32,000 bases of DNA from Candidatus Fokinia solitaria (lineage in GTDB: Bacteria > Pseudomonadota > Alphaproteobacteria > Rickettsiales > Midichloriaceae). The notes below the pieces were generated by a model, which did no database searches, had not been told where the DNA came from, and saw only the letters and a list, made by a program, of their open reading frames with translations. The translations under genes and the position numbers were made by a program. The stretch lies in NCBI RefSeq assembly GCF_003072485.1, contig NZ_CP025989.1, positions 480,001 to 512,000 of the forward strand, written 5' to 3'. Position 1 is the first letter of the stretch. Each line of letters starts with the position of its first letter. This document shows positions 30,401 through 32,000 of the stretch, piece by piece.

Positions 30401-31591
30401 GTTTTTTGCTTTTCTAAAAGTCGATACCTTTCCTGATTTCTCGAGTGCCGCTATCAAAAAAGGTTTGAATAATTCTATTGCCATATGGTACGGCAATCCA
30501 CATTGATGAAGCTTAAGATTAGGTCCTACAACTATTACTGCACGCCCTGAATAATCGACACGTTTTCCTAAAAGATTTTGTCTAAACCTACCTTGCTTTC
30601 CTTTTAGCATATCGGTCAATGATTTTAGAGGTCTTTTAACACTTCTCCCCATTACTCTATTACCCTTATTCTCTATGAGAGTATCAACAGCTTCTTGCAA
30701 CATTCTCTTCTCATTGCATACGACAATATCAGGCGCATTAAGATCTAAAAGCTTCTTCAATCTGTTGTTTCTGTTGATCACTCTACGATAAAGCTCGTTT
30801 AAATCAGAAGTAGCGAATCTTCCACCTTCTAAAGGAATGAGAGGTCTAAGATCAGGCGGCATCACTGGAAGTACATCTAATACCATAAAAGATGGCGCAT
30901 TCTTCGATTCAATAAAATCTTCCACTATCGATAACCGCTTCTTCAATTTTGTTTTCTTCAATTCTGATCCAGTCTGAGATATAGCTTCAAGAATACGATT
31001 TCTCTCATATTTTACATCAATATCAGAAAGCAAGCTTTTTATAACTTCCGCTCCTGTGCCAGCTTTAAACGATCCATCTTCACACTGTCTAGAGGCAATT
31101 TTAAATTCTGCTTCTGAAATTATATCGCCTTTTTTAAGCTGAGTATTAGATGGCTCAAGTACTATATAACTTTCAAAGTATATTATCTTTTCCAAATCTG
31201 ATGGAGAGATATCTAGCAACAATCCTATCCTGCAAGGTAGTGATCTAAAATACCACGTATGAACAACAGGCACTGCTAGTGTAATATGCCCCATTCTGCG
31301 TCTTCTTTCACTTGCAGATGTTACCTCAACTCCACATTTATCACATACTATCACATTGTATTTCATGCCTTTATACTTTCCGCATAAGCACTCATAGTCT
31401 TTGAGAGGGCCAAATATACGCGCACAGAAGAGTCCTCCTAATTCCGGTTTATAACTTCTATAATTTATAGTATCAGGCAAAAGAACTTCTCCATAAGACC
31501 AAGCTAAGACATCACTAGGAGAAGCAAGCGTTACATGTACACTATTAAAATCAGTTCTACTGAACATACCTATATTTTGTGATGTATACAT
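27407..31591 (-). CDS. rpoC: DNA-directed RNA polymerase subunit beta'
   Basis: Zinc-site 'CLCGKYKGMKYNVIVCDKCGVEVT', 'NRAPTLHRLGIQAFE' and catalytic 'NADFDGDQMAVH'; 1394 aa. Confidence 0.98.
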   Translation of the reverse strand: MYTSQNIGMFSRTDFNSVHVTLASPSDVLAWSYGEVLLPDTINYRSYKPELGGLFCARIFGPLKDYECLCGKYKGMKYNVIVCDKCGVEVTSASERRRRMGHITLAVPVVHTWYFRSLPCRIGLLLDISPSDLEKIIYFESYIVLEPSNTQLKKGDIISEAEFKIASRQCEDGSFKAGTGAEVIKSLLSDIDVKYERNRILEAISQTGSELKKTKLKKRLSIVEDFIESKNAPSFMVLDVLPVMPPDLRPLIPLEGGRFATSDLNELYRRVINRNNRLKKLLDLNAPDIVVCNEKRMLQEAVDTLIENKGNRVMGRSVKRPLKSLTDMLKGKQGRFRQNLLGKRVDYSGRAVIVVGPNLKLHQCGLPYHMAIELFKPFLIAALEKSGKVSTFRKAKNLVQKHDPMVIKILPQVVRDHPVLLNRAPTLHRLGIQAFEVVLVEGVAIKLHPLVCAAFNADFDGDQMAVHLPITIEAQIEALLLMHSAKNILNPANGQCIMTPAKDMILGLYYLTLGMDENETDDIPIFYSIQELKLALFHKKIPLHKKIYFRKKLYDIDGNVIMKIITTTPGRVLVMEKLPDHQEIRIEYANKALAKKEISELVEHVHEFTSLNFVAEFLDAIMELGFRYATIAGVSICKDDLVVPDSKKRHIDVTTREIELYDQQYQNGFITSGEKYNKAVDAWLRCNESIGNDVVFALQNDAKARGNGLWMMIASGARGSPAQLKQISGARGLIARADGTIIETPILSNFKEGLSPIEYFLSTYGARKGLVDTALKTADSGYLERRLIDAAQDSVINMYDCGTEEFLSCSAEIDSGELVSTFVAMASGRVLAHDVFSRNDGQLLLSKGKVLNAKDVVLLEENGIESIGVRSSLFCKAPNSGICSVCYGTDLAYKSDKLVDLGTPVGVIAAQSIGEPGTQLTLRTFHIGGAVQQSDVESFVISSHNGILRVKHQNFVTRENGEVIVMSRNCEAVVVDEVNYPKAIYKIPYGSKMLLKDGDAVVIGTPIAEWEPLIIPVITEKKGKIKFVDFVDGVTINELFDDITGRATIVVNECNRRDIKLEPSIVILGEDEQPVKYADETIVRYVLPKDAVLSVVEGQNVEIGDIMARVPKGSSKARDIIGGLPRVVELFEAREPKEHSIISEIDGVVSFGKDYKSKRRLIVTPLNENEKPHEYFVPRYRNVVVNSEEFVKRGALLVEGDVSPSEILSVMGKEALARYMISEIKQVYRLQGVSIHNKHIEVLLRQMMGRMEVISAGSTNLVEGEIINEEDLIKAKKNIKVPLNKAVLPEVKVVLQGISNIAVSNPSFLAAASFQETTNVLIEAAIKGKRDYAQSLKASIICGKLIKAGTGFHYDLMVKNADSIIEDLEKKEAEQINMEKRVMDMSDVAAKKGQ

Positions 31592-31632
31592 GATGAATAA
31601 ATATTAAATGATAAAAGAAAAAGATTGTAAGT

Positions 31633-32000
31633 TTATGATTTTACTTCAACATCATCCTTTCTTATTTCTACGTCCTTTATTTTTGTATATGTGCCACGAG
31701 ATTGAAATCCTTCATCATAAGATAGCTTTACATGTAATCCAAGAGATCTCATCTCGCTTAAAAGGATGTAGCTAGATTCAGGCATAATAGTACAATAACT
31801 CATTGCACGTATATGCTCCATAAGCTTACATATATCTCTAAATGCAGCATTACGTCCATCCACAGAATCCGATTTGATCGTTAGCATCTCATATAAATTA
31901 TATGCAGCACCATATCCTTCTAATGCCCACACCTCCATTTCTCCTAAACGCTGTCCTCCTCCTTTAGCTTTTCCTCCTAGAGGTTGCTGTGTTATACACG
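31633..32000 (-). CDS. rpoB: DNA-directed RNA polymerase subunit beta, C-terminal part (runs off the window)
   Basis: The frame stays open to the window edge upstream of the listed ORF, giving '[49 protein letters not shown]', the conserved RpoB C-terminus. Confidence 0.97.
   Translation of the reverse strand, partial: CITQQPLGGKAKGGGQRLGEMEVWALEGYGAAYNLYEMLTIKSDSVDGRNAAFRDICKLMEHIRAMSYCTIMPESSYILLSEMRSLGLHVKLSYDEGFQSRGTYTKIKDVEIRKDDVEVKS

Noticed and set aside
31633-31938. Separate small gene of 101 aa
   Set aside because: The frame remains open upstream to base 32000 and encodes the conserved RpoB C-terminus, so it is the truncated end of rpoB.
1-32000. Mobile element or defence island
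   Set aside because: No transposase, integrase, restriction-modification, toxin-antitoxin or phage gene was recognised in any real ORF, and no flanking terminal repeats were noticed.

Overview
This is a compact, AT-rich, mostly housekeeping window. Gene content and several gene neighbourhoods suggest a Rickettsiales-like alphaproteobacterium; that is inference, since no search could be run. In order it holds: tRNA-Thr(CGU), a TMBIM/Bax inhibitor-1 family protein, pgsA, acpS, ackA, gatB, fabZ, ubiE, a cation-diffusion-facilitator transporter, murB, a DsbD-family reductase, a 1166-aa coiled-coil protein, tatD, rplK, rplS, a virB8-like gene, folE, rsmD, iscR, two adjacent cysteine desulfurases, iscU, queE, clpB, aspS, an acetyl-CoA acetyltransferase, rpoC, and the 3' end of rpoB. 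I see no convincing new multi-gene system, CRISPR array, transposon or defence island. The most interesting locus is the coiled-coil gene (9915-13415). Its internal DNA repeats, including a perfect 100-bp duplication, are all spaced by exact multiples of 21 bp (one heptad). It also has a separate N-terminal domain with two degenerate EF-hand-like motifs and a basic non-repetitive tail. Secondary points are an acetate kinase with no adjacent pta, an IscR with an altered cysteine spacing, and a ~506-bp spacer downstream of rpoC that carries a perfect 12-bp inverted repeat.
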